In this document: piece by piece, positions 49,264-58,531 of the stretch | Layout: each line of letters starts with the position of its first letter | Position numbering within the stretch: position 1 is the stretch's first letter | IMG/VR virus record: IMGVR_UViG_3300006103_001171 | Length of the DNA: 64,000 nt | Source of the DNA: an uncultured virus (IMG/VR IMGVR_UViG_3300006103_001171) | Taxonomy: Duplodnaviria; Heunggongvirae; Uroviricota; Caudoviricetes | Strand: one strand, 5' to 3' | Program-made: the position numbers and the translations under genes | Notes under the pieces: generated by a model | What the model was told of the DNA's origin: nothing | The model's input: only the letters and a program-made list of their open reading frames with translations | Database searches by the model: none

Positions 49264-50097
49264 ATGACAAGTAAACGACATATCGGGTTTCCATCTATTG
49301 ACCAGTTTAAGACAGTTGTCTCCAACATCAATAGAAGACACAATTTTGTTGGTTTGGATGCCAACGGTGATGCAATTTATGACCCATCAAAACCTAAGCC
49401 AAAGCTTAAGTTTAAGGGTACGGTAAAACTACATGGTACCAACTTCGGTGTATGTTATAATGACATCGCTGGATTATGGGCACAATCTAGGGAAAATATA
49501 ATCACCTCCCAAAAAGATAATGCTGGCTCCGCTTTTTTTGTTGAGTCCAATACAGAAGCTTTCTTGGATTTATTTAACCAAGTAAAGAATAAGTTAAATT
49601 TGGATTTGACTCAAAACACAATTTCAATTTATGGTGAGTGGGCTGGTAAGGGTATTCAAAAGTCTGTTGCGATTTCCAATTTGGATAAGTCTATGTTTAT
49701 TTTTGGTGTTAAGATTACACCTCATCCAAAGGATGAAGATGATAAGACACCAGCTTATTGGGTTGATTCGTCATACCTAAGGAACCATGAGCATAGGATT
49801 TACAATATTGAGGATTATGAGACTTATGAGATTGAAATCGATTTCAATTATCCTCAATTGGCTCAGAATAAGCTAATTGAAATGACTATTGCTGTTGAGG
49901 ATGAATGTCCTGTTGGTAAAGCCTTTGGTCATGTTGCGTTAACAGACAATACAGCATATGAAGAAAATGGTAAAATTTGGTTTGAACGAGAAAATAGTTT
50001 TACAGATATATTAAAAAATCAATTAATTGATGAATTTAGAATACTTCGTAATAAATATCCGATAGGTATAAATAAAATATTTTTTACTATTCTATAG
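49264..50097 (+). CDS. Rnl2-like RNA ligase, N-terminal half of a split gene
   Basis: Motif I 'KLHGTN', 'QSR', 'IYGEW' and 'FIFG', then a roughly 55-aa non-ligase tail after 'CPVGKAFG'. Confidence 0.8.
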   Translation: MTSKRHIGFPSIDQFKTVVSNINRRHNFVGLDANGDAIYDPSKPKPKLKFKGTVKLHGTNFGVCYNDIAGLWAQSRENIITSQKDNAGSAFFVESNTEAFLDLFNQVKNKLNLDLTQNTISIYGEWAGKGIQKSVAISNLDKSMFIFGVKITPHPKDEDDKTPAYWVDSSYLRNHEHRIYNIEDYETYEIEIDFNYPQLAQNKLIEMTIAVEDECPVGKAFGHVALTDNTAYEENGKIWFERENSFTDILKNQLIDEFRILRNKYPIGINKIFFTIL

Positions 50098-50140
50098 TCT
50101 TTTATACAATACCCAGATATTTATAAATAAAGATAAATAT

Positions 50141-51136
50141 ATGGAAAAAAAATTTGTTGTGTATCGAACAATTTATTCTGGTGATAGATTACCGAAATAT
50201 TACATTGGTTCAACTAGTTTAGAAAAGATAAAATCTGGTTATTATGGTAGTGTCAGAAGTAAAAAATATAAAGATATTTTCTATTCTGAATTAAAACTAC
50301 ATCCTAATTTATTTAGTATTGAGATTTTGTCATACCATGATTCTAGGAATGATGCACTTTCAGAAGAATTATTACAACAAATTAAACACAATGTTGTTGA
50401 GTCGGACGAATACTTTAATGAAAGTTTTGCTAGTATAAATGGTTATTTTGGTAGACATGTCAAAGGCATTAGCCATCCAAAATTTGGTTTATCAAATTAC
50501 AAAATTTGGATTAATAAATATGGTTTAGATATTGCTAATGAAAAATTAAAAGTTTATTTAACGAAACAAAGTATATCTAACGGCGGTAAGAATAATCCAA
50601 TGTTTGGTAGAAATAAAGAAGTTGTTGCAATTGATGTAAATAGCGGTCTGAAGGTTCGTGTAAATAAAGTCGAGTTTGATAATCGAATTGATTTATCTGG
50701 TCATACACTTGGATATGTTACGGTTATTGATAAATCAACTGGTGAAAAAATAACGATTAATAAATCTAATTATAACTTAGAAAAACATTTACATCATAAC
50801 ACAAATAGAAAACATAATGATACAGTTAAAGCTAAACTCTCAAAAATTAGAAAGGGTTTAATAACCGCTAAAGATTGGGATGGTAATTATTATCGGGTGA
50901 GTAAAGATGACCCTAGATTTGAATCAGGTGAATTATCAAATATTTTTAGTAAACGTTGGATAGTTGTTGATAATTTTGGTAAGAAATATAATGTTATGAA
51001 TATTAAAAAATTTATGAAAAGTAAAAATATTCATTTTAATGAAAAAATTATAATTAACTCTGATGGTAGTGTAACAAATCATAATGTTAAAAAATATAAT
51101 TCATTAAATGGTTGGAATTTAAAATGTTTAGATTAA
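50141..51136 (+). CDS. GIY-YIG-like homing endonuclease
   Basis: 'VVYRTIYSG...YYIGSTS'; N-terminus paralogous to 46929..47825. Confidence 0.85.
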   Translation: MEKKFVVYRTIYSGDRLPKYYIGSTSLEKIKSGYYGSVRSKKYKDIFYSELKLHPNLFSIEILSYHDSRNDALSEELLQQIKHNVVESDEYFNESFASINGYFGRHVKGISHPKFGLSNYKIWINKYGLDIANEKLKVYLTKQSISNGGKNNPMFGRNKEVVAIDVNSGLKVRVNKVEFDNRIDLSGHTLGYVTVIDKSTGEKITINKSNYNLEKHLHHNTNRKHNDTVKAKLSKIRKGLITAKDWDGNYYRVSKDDPRFESGELSNIFSKRWIVVDNFGKKYNVMNIKKFMKSKNIHFNEKIIINSDGSVTNHNVKKYNSLNGWNLKCLD

Positions 51137-51148
51137 AAATAAAATAAA

Positions 51149-51631
51149 ATGTATAAAATTAAATTAATTAGTGGTGGTTCGTCTGAACATCAAGAAGAAA
51201 TTAACAAGGTTATTGATTTGGATATAAATACAATCGGTGAGGGTATTGTTTTCTCTTATTATGCTGAGGATGGTGAGGTTTATCGGTTCAAATCTAAGGG
51301 AACTAAACACTCAAAGGCTTCTAAAGTTACAACACTTAAGCCAGTTGATGATGCTAAAATCAATAACATTATTGAAACTGTTAATAAGGTTTGTGTTTCT
51401 TGGAGACTTGAGCAAATGCTTGACAAGACCTTTGACCTTATGAATGGTGGTACCATTGACATCAAAAGGCTTGGTGATTTTATTAGAAATGTTATCGCCG
51501 ATATTCTTAAAGAAGAATTGGAAACAATAGCTGAGGCTGGCCTTGAACCTAAAGACATTAATGCTAAGGTTTCTGAGAGATGTCGAAATTACTTTTTTCA
51601 AAAACAAAATGAAGAAGTTGGGCTTGTTTAA
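51149..51631 (+). CDS. Rnl2-like RNA ligase, C-terminal half
   Basis: Motif IV 'GEGIVF' and motif V 'FKSKG', preceded by a roughly 28-aa non-ligase head. Confidence 0.8.
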   Translation: MYKIKLISGGSSEHQEEINKVIDLDINTIGEGIVFSYYAEDGEVYRFKSKGTKHSKASKVTTLKPVDDAKINNIIETVNKVCVSWRLEQMLDKTFDLMNGGTIDIKRLGDFIRNVIADILKEELETIAEAGLEPKDINAKVSERCRNYFFQKQNEEVGLV

Positions 51632-51690
51632 AGCCTGACTTTTACTTTATTTACTAATTTAAAAGATTTATTATATTAAAATAAAAAATT

Positions 51691-51903
51691 ATGATACAAA
51701 ACAAAGTTTTAAAACTAAAACAAGCCGCAACACTTGCGAACGGTGTTAATTTTCCAGCTGGTCAAGAGATTGAAATAGTTATGGATGTGGTATATATTGG
51801 TGGATTTCCATTACCCCCAAACATGCAAGGTAATATGCTAAACTGGATTAACAATAATCCAAATTTATTCACAGAAACAACAATGAAATGGAGCAAAAAT
51901 TAA
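51691..51903 (+). CDS. Hypothetical protein
   Basis: 70-aa ORF. Confidence 0.55.
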   Translation: MIQNKVLKLKQAATLANGVNFPAGQEIEIVMDVVYIGGFPLPPNMQGNMLNWINNNPNLFTETTMKWSKN

Positions 51904-52565
51904 AGACTGGTTATGAGTGGTGTTTAGAGGAAAGACTTAGACTTCTAAGATTATCTCAATGGCCAACACAAGAAGCATTCTTTGCTGATTCATATTATGA
52001 AGAGAAAATAACCTTTGCTGATTTTTCTGAAAGGATTAAAGAATGTGATGTTAAACCTAATTCTATACCGAGAAAAACTGAGATGTATTTGGAATATCGT
52101 ATGTATGGATTAGTTGCGTATCAATTATCTGGAACGATACATGCTGGTATTCAGTTCGGTCATGCAGTTGTTGAATATGGACAATACGTAAAGGACATTC
52201 CACTATTTGAAGCAGTTTATGATAAATTCGCTAATAAGGATAAGACTTTTATAATTCTTAATGGTGGAACTACTAATGAGAATCCAGAAAGACTTGGCAC
52301 TCTTCAACAACATGCGCAAGCTCTAAAGGATAATCTTGTATTATTTGCTGAGTTTAGGGAACCAGATTTAAATGATGCTTTAACAGCTATTGTTTTCTTA
52401 GTGGATGAAAGAGTCTTTAAAAAAGACTTGTATCCAGATTTTGTTAGAGATGAAAAGGCTAGTTGGTCAAGAAATGAAATTCAATATCGTGAATGGCTTG
52501 AAAAAATTGGGGGTGAAAGAAATGTTTTCTTAAGAAGTTTCTTACCAAACTTTAGATTAGCATAA
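51888..52565 (+). CDS. Peptidyl-tRNA hydrolase type 2-like protein
   Basis: 'GIQFGHA', 'IILNGG' and 'F.EPDLNDALTA' resemble phage Pth2-like proteins. Confidence 0.55.
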   Translation: MEQKLKTGYEWCLEERLRLLRLSQWPTQEAFFADSYYEEKITFADFSERIKECDVKPNSIPRKTEMYLEYRMYGLVAYQLSGTIHAGIQFGHAVVEYGQYVKDIPLFEAVYDKFANKDKTFIILNGGTTNENPERLGTLQQHAQALKDNLVLFAEFREPDLNDALTAIVFLVDERVFKKDLYPDFVRDEKASWSRNEIQYREWLEKIGGERNVFLRSFLPNFRLA

Positions 52566-52602
52566 TATTGATTTATTTTTTAGTATTCGTATAGTTATTT
52601 AT

Positions 52603-53160
52603 ATGGGTATTATTGAAAATCAAGTTTTGGATTATCTCAAAAAGAATTATAGTGTTAAGAACTTTAGGTTTTTACATGAGGTTAATAAAGAATATGAGTT
52701 TGGTGTAAACATTGTTGATTCAAATTGTTTAATATTTGATATAGACTTTGTAACATCTGAAAATACTTTTGTTAAATGGGCTGAAATGTTTGATTTTAGT
52801 CGTAAGGACTTAGAATGGCTCACAGCTTATTTACCAAGAAAACTTAAAACAAAATGGTCTGTTGAATTAGCTCAAGATTTATCATGGCATACTACTTTTG
52901 ATGTTGAATCATTTAATAAGATTTTAGATATGCTAATGCTTGAGTTAAACACTAAAGTATTTGATGATTTAAAACCCAAGATAAAAACACCTGAGGAATT
53001 ATTGAGCGTTATGAGGTGCATTGGTTATGGGTTAACAGCAACGTATTACGACCCAAACAACTTTTTACCCTTTAAAAATTTTATATCGTTACCATTCACG
53101 GAAGTTTTAAATGAGCGAAAAATTAACCATAACTGGCAAGATTGGGTTCGAACCAATTAA
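52603..53160 (+). CDS. Hypothetical protein
   Basis: 185-aa ORF. Confidence 0.55.
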   Translation: MGIIENQVLDYLKKNYSVKNFRFLHEVNKEYEFGVNIVDSNCLIFDIDFVTSENTFVKWAEMFDFSRKDLEWLTAYLPRKLKTKWSVELAQDLSWHTTFDVESFNKILDMLMLELNTKVFDDLKPKIKTPEELLSVMRCIGYGLTATYYDPNNFLPFKNFISLPFTEVLNERKINHNWQDWVRTN

Positions 53161-53632
53161 CAAAACCAAGAAGCATGAATCACAGGCCTCTTGGAAACGT
53201 ATTGCCATGGTTTTCTTCGGTGGTGACATTTCTGATTACTATGCTTGGTTTATAAACAAGCGATATAATTTAGAGCTTGTAAAACCGCTTAGGGGTGGCC
53301 ATATTTCGTTTATAAATGACCATGTGAGGGATATGATTAAAAATTGTAATTGTGATGAGGAAGAGGCTAATATTGCTTGGGATAACGCAAAGGCTAAGTG
53401 GGATGGAATTTATATTCCAATAACACTTGATTTATCACCTAGAACTAACGAAAAGCACTGGTGGTTAAATATACCAACAGATTCTTGTGAAATTTTTAAT
53501 ACTATCAGGCGAGAGGTAAATTTAGGACCACCGACATATAGGTACCACATGAGTATTGGTTATGCGAACGAAAAATGGTTGTCACATTCACGTTACATAC
53601 ATAGTTGTGTAAAATCTGGTTTAATAAAATGA
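53111..53632 (+). CDS. 2H phosphoesterase family protein
   Basis: Two HxS motifs, 'HISF' and 'HMSIG'. Confidence 0.6.
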   Translation: MSEKLTITGKIGFEPINKTKKHESQASWKRIAMVFFGGDISDYYAWFINKRYNLELVKPLRGGHISFINDHVRDMIKNCNCDEEEANIAWDNAKAKWDGIYIPITLDLSPRTNEKHWWLNIPTDSCEIFNTIRREVNLGPPTYRYHMSIGYANEKWLSHSRYIHSCVKSGLIK

Positions 53633-53746
53633 ATAAAGTAACACCAATTACACCACAAGAGGCAAAAGATGAAATTGAAAAGAATTTTCCAGATTTTGTT
53701 ATTGAAGGTAAAAGAAAATAATAATAATTAAAAAAAAAGAGAAAAA

Positions 53747-54469
53747 ATGAAAAAAACGCTTATCACATTAATGTTAGTATTCAGTGCATTACTAACATTT
53801 GCACAAAACACAATTACAATTAAGCACACGTATTATACAATTGAAGCGTATGATACCGCACACAGGTCTGAACTTATTGGGTTTTATATTCAGACTAAAG
53901 AGCATGCTCTTATATCGATGGATAAGACAAGTGCTATTGACAGGTCATCAGTTGGTGTTTTTAAACAAGACCCTTTAATTCCACTTTATATCCAAGAAAT
54001 AGTAACTAATGATGTTTATTCTGATTGGAATAAAGCTCATAAGAATCAAAAAGTAGATAAGGGGCATCTAGTACCTTATTCAGCGATGGATTTTAATTTA
54101 ACAGCAGCTTTAGAAAGTATGTATCTTGAAAATACATGCCCACAGGCACCCAGATTCAACGAACATCAATGGGAACAAGTTGAAATGTACGTTCTAAAGA
54201 CTGTATCACCACAATATGGTGATGTTAAAGTTTGGACTGGCGTTTTAATTGATGATAAAAAAGCGTTAAGGATTGGGCCATTATATATGCCAGATTTTTA
54301 TTGGAAAGTTATTGAGTATGTAAAGGATGGTAAAAAGGTTCAAGAAGCTTGGCTTGGCGTTAACAATTGGAGTAACGCTGATACTGACCCAACACACATC
54401 GCAACTAGTGTCGCAGCTGTAAAACAAAAGGTTTCACAGTATTATCCAAAAATAAAGTTGGATTTCTAA
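53747..54469 (+). CDS. Secreted DNA/RNA non-specific endonuclease
   Basis: Signal peptide; 'DKGHL', 'N.CPQ...FN...W..VE' and 'PDFYWK'. Confidence 0.85.
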   Translation: MKKTLITLMLVFSALLTFAQNTITIKHTYYTIEAYDTAHRSELIGFYIQTKEHALISMDKTSAIDRSSVGVFKQDPLIPLYIQEIVTNDVYSDWNKAHKNQKVDKGHLVPYSAMDFNLTAALESMYLENTCPQAPRFNEHQWEQVEMYVLKTVSPQYGDVKVWTGVLIDDKKALRIGPLYMPDFYWKVIEYVKDGKKVQEAWLGVNNWSNADTDPTHIATSVAAVKQKVSQYYPKIKLDF

Positions 54470-54646
54470 AATAAATCCATATATTTGCATAAATGATTTG
54501 GGTAATTTAAATTAGTATTGAGATTGAAACATTAAAAAAACTAAGGTTTATTGAGCGAAAATCAATAAGGGAAATAATGAGTATAATGAAAATAAATCAA
54601 ACTAAATATTACCATTATATCAATTTATAATTAAATAAAAAATAAA

Positions 54647-55669
54647 ATGGGCGGTAGGGCATTAAAAGGTGGTACTTTTACTAGAAGGTATGAAAGACAA
54701 GAGTTCGATGATATAAGTAAGGAATTAACAGAAAGACTTAAGTTAACTTTCAAGCGTGTTGATGTTCCATTGTTTTATAAAAACAAGGGAACATTTGGTG
54801 ATGCTGATATTCTTGTTTCATTAGATGGGTTAGAAAATGGGTTTAATATGCGTGAATTTATAGTAAATGAATTTAAACCTAATGAAATATTTCATAACGG
54901 TAATTGTTGGTCCTTTGACTATAAGGAGCTACAGGTAGATATAATCACAGTTTCTGTTGAACATTATGACTCAACGTTCAACTATTTATCATACAATGAC
55001 CTGGGAAATTTAATTGGGAGACTAGCGCATGGATTTGGGTTGAAATATGGCCAGACTGGTTTATTTTATGAACATGAATTTAAGGGTAGTAATATTGGTA
55101 CTATTATGGTATCTAAGAATTATCCTGAAATATTCAAATTTCTTGGTCTGTCATATGACAAATTTGTTGATGGTTTTGAGTCACTTGAGGAAATCTTCAT
55201 TTATATTGCTGAATCACCATACTTCAATTGGAAAAAGTATCAGTTTGAAGAACTTAACAAGATTAACCGTGACCGTAACAAGAAAAGAGCTTCTTACACA
55301 GCCTTCTTAGAATGGGTTGATTTACATGCCGCTGATGAAAATCACGAGTATAAGTTTGCTGAGGATAAATCAACATACTTCAATATGATTAACGATGCGT
55401 TCCCAGAAGCGGACATCGTAACACAAGTTAGAAGACTTGAATACTTAGAGTGCAGAAAGCTTTATGTTCAATCTAAATTTAACGGTGGTGATGTAATGAG
55501 AAAGTATGGCCTTGAAGGTAAGAAATTGGGTGATGCGTTAAGTGGTTTTAAAAACTATATAACCGCTGAGTATGATTCATATAATGATTATATTATACAT
55601 ACCGATGCTTTCGATATTTATATGGAATTTGAAGGGTATTTGAGTAAACATGAATTGGAAGTTAGATGA
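54647..55669 (+). CDS. Pol-beta superfamily nucleotidyltransferase-like protein
   Basis: 'FGDADIL' and 'QVDII' motifs. Confidence 0.6.
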   Translation: MGGRALKGGTFTRRYERQEFDDISKELTERLKLTFKRVDVPLFYKNKGTFGDADILVSLDGLENGFNMREFIVNEFKPNEIFHNGNCWSFDYKELQVDIITVSVEHYDSTFNYLSYNDLGNLIGRLAHGFGLKYGQTGLFYEHEFKGSNIGTIMVSKNYPEIFKFLGLSYDKFVDGFESLEEIFIYIAESPYFNWKKYQFEELNKINRDRNKKRASYTAFLEWVDLHAADENHEYKFAEDKSTYFNMINDAFPEADIVTQVRRLEYLECRKLYVQSKFNGGDVMRKYGLEGKKLGDALSGFKNYITAEYDSYNDYIIHTDAFDIYMEFEGYLSKHELEVR

Positions 55670-55920
55670 GAATAATATATATAGATAAATCGTTACAATG
55701 TGATACAACACATGATAATATTCAATTAATTGATGGTAAAATATATCATTGGTGTGTTAAAACAGAAATGTTAAAACATAATGAAACATTGCAGTTATTC
55801 TTAAAACGAAAAACAGCTTATGTGAATTTAAAAAAACCAGAAATTAATACTATATTAATTTATGATGTGGTACCAATTGAATCAGCCTTAATGGTAAGGT
55901 ATGCTTTAATTACTACTTAA
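55666..55920 (+). CDS. Hypothetical protein
   Basis: 84-aa ORF overlapping the previous stop. Confidence 0.45.
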   Translation: MRIIYIDKSLQCDTTHDNIQLIDGKIYHWCVKTEMLKHNETLQLFLKRKTAYVNLKKPEINTILIYDVVPIESALMVRYALITT

Positions 55921-56239
55921 AAAATGGGTTATCTCGCAATAAGAGTTCGATGGTTTCATCGAGCTTTTTGCATGTTTGTTGGAACCCAATTACTTCTTCA
56001 TCACTTAACCTAAAGAATTCATTCTTTGCAAGCGTTTGTTTATAGTTGTATTTTGCGTGAAGCATTGCTTCAACTTTCTTATAGTTTTTAGATTCATAAG
56101 TATTAAGAATTGAAAGCTTATTCGAATTTCCAGTTTGCAAATTCTTAAGTCTTTGTTCTGCTGGATTCTTTGAAACACCAATCTTATGCGCTTCATCGCC
56201 ATTCTTGTCCACCTCTAATATCAAGTATACATAACCCAT
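55913..56239 (-). CDS. T5orf172/GIY-YIG domain protein
   Basis: 'GYVYLI...KIG.SK...RL..LQTGN...E..LH...EFF'. Confidence 0.8.
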   Translation of the reverse strand: MGYVYLILEVDKNGDEAHKIGVSKNPAEQRLKNLQTGNSNKLSILNTYESKNYKKVEAMLHAKYNYKQTLAKNEFFRLSDEEVIGFQQTCKKLDETIELLLRDNPFFK

Positions 56240-56284
56240 ACCAAATAATATGGATTTATGTTTAAATTGTAAATATTTATTGGT

Positions 56285-56872
56285 ATGAGAAAATTAATAA
56301 AAAAACTCTTAAGGGAAAATTTGTATGAAGCTATCACACAAAAACCAATGTTTGCTAGAGGTGTTGAACATCAAATTTATTTATCAAAGTCAGACCCAAA
56401 TATAGTCTTTAAAGTTGGATACCCTAAATCTGTTGATAGATTCGTATCGGTGTTTACATCTAATCCTGAGTATTTTCCAAAAATTTTTAAAGTTGGTAAT
56501 TTAACATGGCAGGGTAAACCATTTAAATATGCTAAAATTGAAAGACTAAATACTGAAAGAGTCATTAGTGAGTGGAATTATATTACTGGTAAATTAGATG
56601 AAGTTGGTATATTAGATACTGACTCAAATTTATTAGAAGATGTTAGCGATATTTTTAAATCGGCCATAACTGAAGATTCAGAATATGAAACGTATATTAC
56701 ATCTAAACTACAACAGCATGATAAAAAAGCCTACAAGTTATTCATAGATTGGCTTAATTTTTTACATCATGTAAATTCGATAGTTGAACCAGTAAAACAT
56801 AAAATTCTTGATATTCATAAGTATAATTTTGGTTATGATTCCAGTGGTAAAATGAAGTGTTTAGACATATAA
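56285..56872 (+). CDS. Kinase-like hypothetical protein
   Basis: 'IVFK', 'DIHKYNFG' and 'CLDI'. Confidence 0.5.
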   Translation: MRKLIKKLLRENLYEAITQKPMFARGVEHQIYLSKSDPNIVFKVGYPKSVDRFVSVFTSNPEYFPKIFKVGNLTWQGKPFKYAKIERLNTERVISEWNYITGKLDEVGILDTDSNLLEDVSDIFKSAITEDSEYETYITSKLQQHDKKAYKLFIDWLNFLHHVNSIVEPVKHKILDIHKYNFGYDSSGKMKCLDI

Positions 56873-56894
56873 AAAAATATTTTTAAAAAAAAAC

Positions 56895-56937
56895 TTGACA
56901 ATTCAAAAACTTTTCGTATATTTGCAGTATATTTATT
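56895..56937 (+). promoter_or_regulatory. tRNA-array promoter, copy 3
   Basis: TTGACAattcaaaaacttttcgTATATTTGcagTATATTTATT. Confidence 0.8.
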
Positions 56938-56961
56938 AAAAGAGATTAAAAGATAACAAAA

Positions 56962-57042
56962 ATGAGAAATTTAAACAACATATTGGTCCTTGTGTTATGT
57001 GTGCTAGTGTTAACTAGTTCTACTGGGTATTCCATGTTTTAA
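56962..57042 (+). CDS. Putative attenuator leader peptide 2 (Leu/Cys/Val)
   Basis: MRNLNNILVLVLCVLVLTSSTGYSMF*; codons 8-17 are ttg gtc ctt gtg tta tgt gtg cta gtg tta. Confidence 0.75.
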   Translation: MRNLNNILVLVLCVLVLTSSTGYSMF

Positions 57043-57066
57043 ATTTAACATTTAAAAATAATTGAG

Positions 57067-57097
57067 AAGCTCAGTCCGAAAGAACTGAGCTTTTTTT
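57067..57097 (+). terminator. Intrinsic terminator/attenuator of tRNA array 3
   Basis: aagctcagt-ccgaaaga-actgagctt followed by a T-run, ending just before tRNA-Cys. Confidence 0.85.
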
Positions 57098-57099
57098 AT

Positions 57100-57171
57100 G
57101 TGCCTTTGTCCGAGCGGTTTAGGTAGAGTTCTGCAAAAGCTCTTACGGCGGTTCAAATCCGTCAAGGCACT
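57100..57171 (+). tRNA. tRNA-Cys (GCA)
   Basis: gagtt-CTGCAAA-agctc; acceptor gtgcctt/aaggcac-T. Confidence 0.85.
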
Positions 57172-57398
57172 CTTTAAAATTAAAAACAATGGAAAAAAAA
57201 TGACATCAAAAAAGCATTGTATAAGGAAAAGCCATTAGCCACCTTATCACATTATGAAGAAGGATGGAATTGGCATAACCGAAACCTACCCAACCATAAG
57301 TGGAGAGAGTATAAGAGTTGGAAGTATAATAGAAAAACTAAGTGGAAATGAAAAAGAGATTTGATGCCTTGTAACACTCTAATGTGTAACAATGCAAA

Positions 57399-57668
57399 AT
57401 GAAAAAAATGAACAAGAAGCTGTATGATAGAACAGTTGACAACAAAACGTACAAGTTATGCCATTATCAACAAGAAAATATTTGTTGTTTAAGATGTGCG
57501 AAAAGAAGAAGAAGAAATTATTTTTATTATGACTATGACGGTGGGAAACATTGTTATCCAAGTTGGAAATTAGTAAGTAAAAATAAGAAGCAATGGATGC
57601 CAAAAAAACTTAAGATTGAGGAAGAAAAACCCAATCGTTGGTATAGTAGAGGTGACATTACTTGGTAA
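57399..57668 (+). CDS. Hypothetical basic protein
   Basis: 89-aa ORF with CxxC and 'PSWK...K.QW'. Confidence 0.55.
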   Translation: MKKMNKKLYDRTVDNKTYKLCHYQQENICCLRCAKRRRRNYFYYDYDGGKHCYPSWKLVSKNKKQWMPKKLKIEEEKPNRWYSRGDITW

Positions 57669-57764
57669 TTGCGACATCAAGACATATTAAAGTGTCGTGA
57701 TAGGTTTAAAAGTTACAAATTGTTGCAATAATTGCGACATTTCACCAGATAAATGGTGAAATAT

Positions 57765-57849
57765 GGGGGTGTGGTGGAATGGTAGACACGCAGGTCTTAA
57801 AAACCTGTGGACCGTAAGGTCCGTGTGAGTTCGACTCTCATTGCCCCTA
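57765..57849 (+). tRNA. tRNA-Leu (TAA)
   Basis: caggt-CTTAAAA-acctg; long variable arm. Confidence 0.85.
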
Positions 57850-57961
57850 CACAACTGTGTTTCTGATAGGGTTGCTCAGTAGGAGCTCCAGTAAACCTTA
57901 TCCGTTGATGAATAGTGGTCATGACATGAGTTCATTTTTCTGGTACGACAATCCAGAATAC

Positions 57962-58049
57962 GGCCCTATGAGCAAATTGGTAAAGCTTGCGGTCTAAGAA
58001 ACCGTGGAAAACATTAGAAACGTTCTCAGTTCAAATCTGAGTAGGGCTA
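57962..58049 (+). tRNA. tRNA-Leu (AAG)
   Basis: gcggt-CTAAGAA-accgt; long variable arm; acceptor ggcccta/tagggct-A. Confidence 0.75.
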
Positions 58050-58051
58050 CT

Positions 58052-58273
58052 ATGAGTTTTAATTTTGATGAAAAGAAAATTGGTGATATAGTTCAGATGA
58101 CGGATTATTTTATAAGTATAAATCCTAGTGAACATATTCAGGAATTTAAAGATTGTGAAGGCGAAGTTATTGGTTATAGTGATGAAGGTTATACTGATTA
58201 CTTAGATGTTAGATGGCAACCTAGTGGGTTAAGATATGGTTATCATTGGGTACATTTAAAACTAGTCCAATAA
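58052..58273 (+). CDS. Hypothetical protein
   Basis: Start moved to MSFNFD because the track start lies inside tRNA-Leu. Confidence 0.55.
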   Translation: MSFNFDEKKIGDIVQMTDYFISINPSEHIQEFKDCEGEVIGYSDEGYTDYLDVRWQPSGLRYGYHWVHLKLVQ

Positions 58274-58446
58274 TGGCTAAAAAAGTATCAAAAGAAGTTC
58301 AGATTAAACATTCTGAGGATTATGTTGAATTTCTAATTAAGCGGTTAAATTCTAACAACTATAAGTTAGCAGCAACTAAGGAAGAGTATGCGGCAACTAA
58401 AGCTAAATTAGATAAAGAGCGATTGATACTTAAGTTGTTAAAATAA
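58273..58446 (+). CDS. Hypothetical protein
   Basis: MAKKVSK..., with TAATG overlap. Confidence 0.55.
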   Translation: MAKKVSKEVQIKHSEDYVEFLIKRLNSNNYKLAATKEEYAATKAKLDKERLILKLLK

Positions 58447-58447
58447 T

Positions 58448-58529
58448 GGGGGTATGCTGGAAATGGTATACAGCTACGGTTTAGACCCGTAGGTCAAAAG
58501 ATTTGCAAGTTCGAACCTTGTTACCCTCA
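58448..58529 (+). tRNA. tRNA-Leu (TAG)
   Basis: tacgg-TTTAGAC-ccgta; acceptor gggggta/taccctc-A. Confidence 0.8.
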
Positions 58530-58531
58530 CA

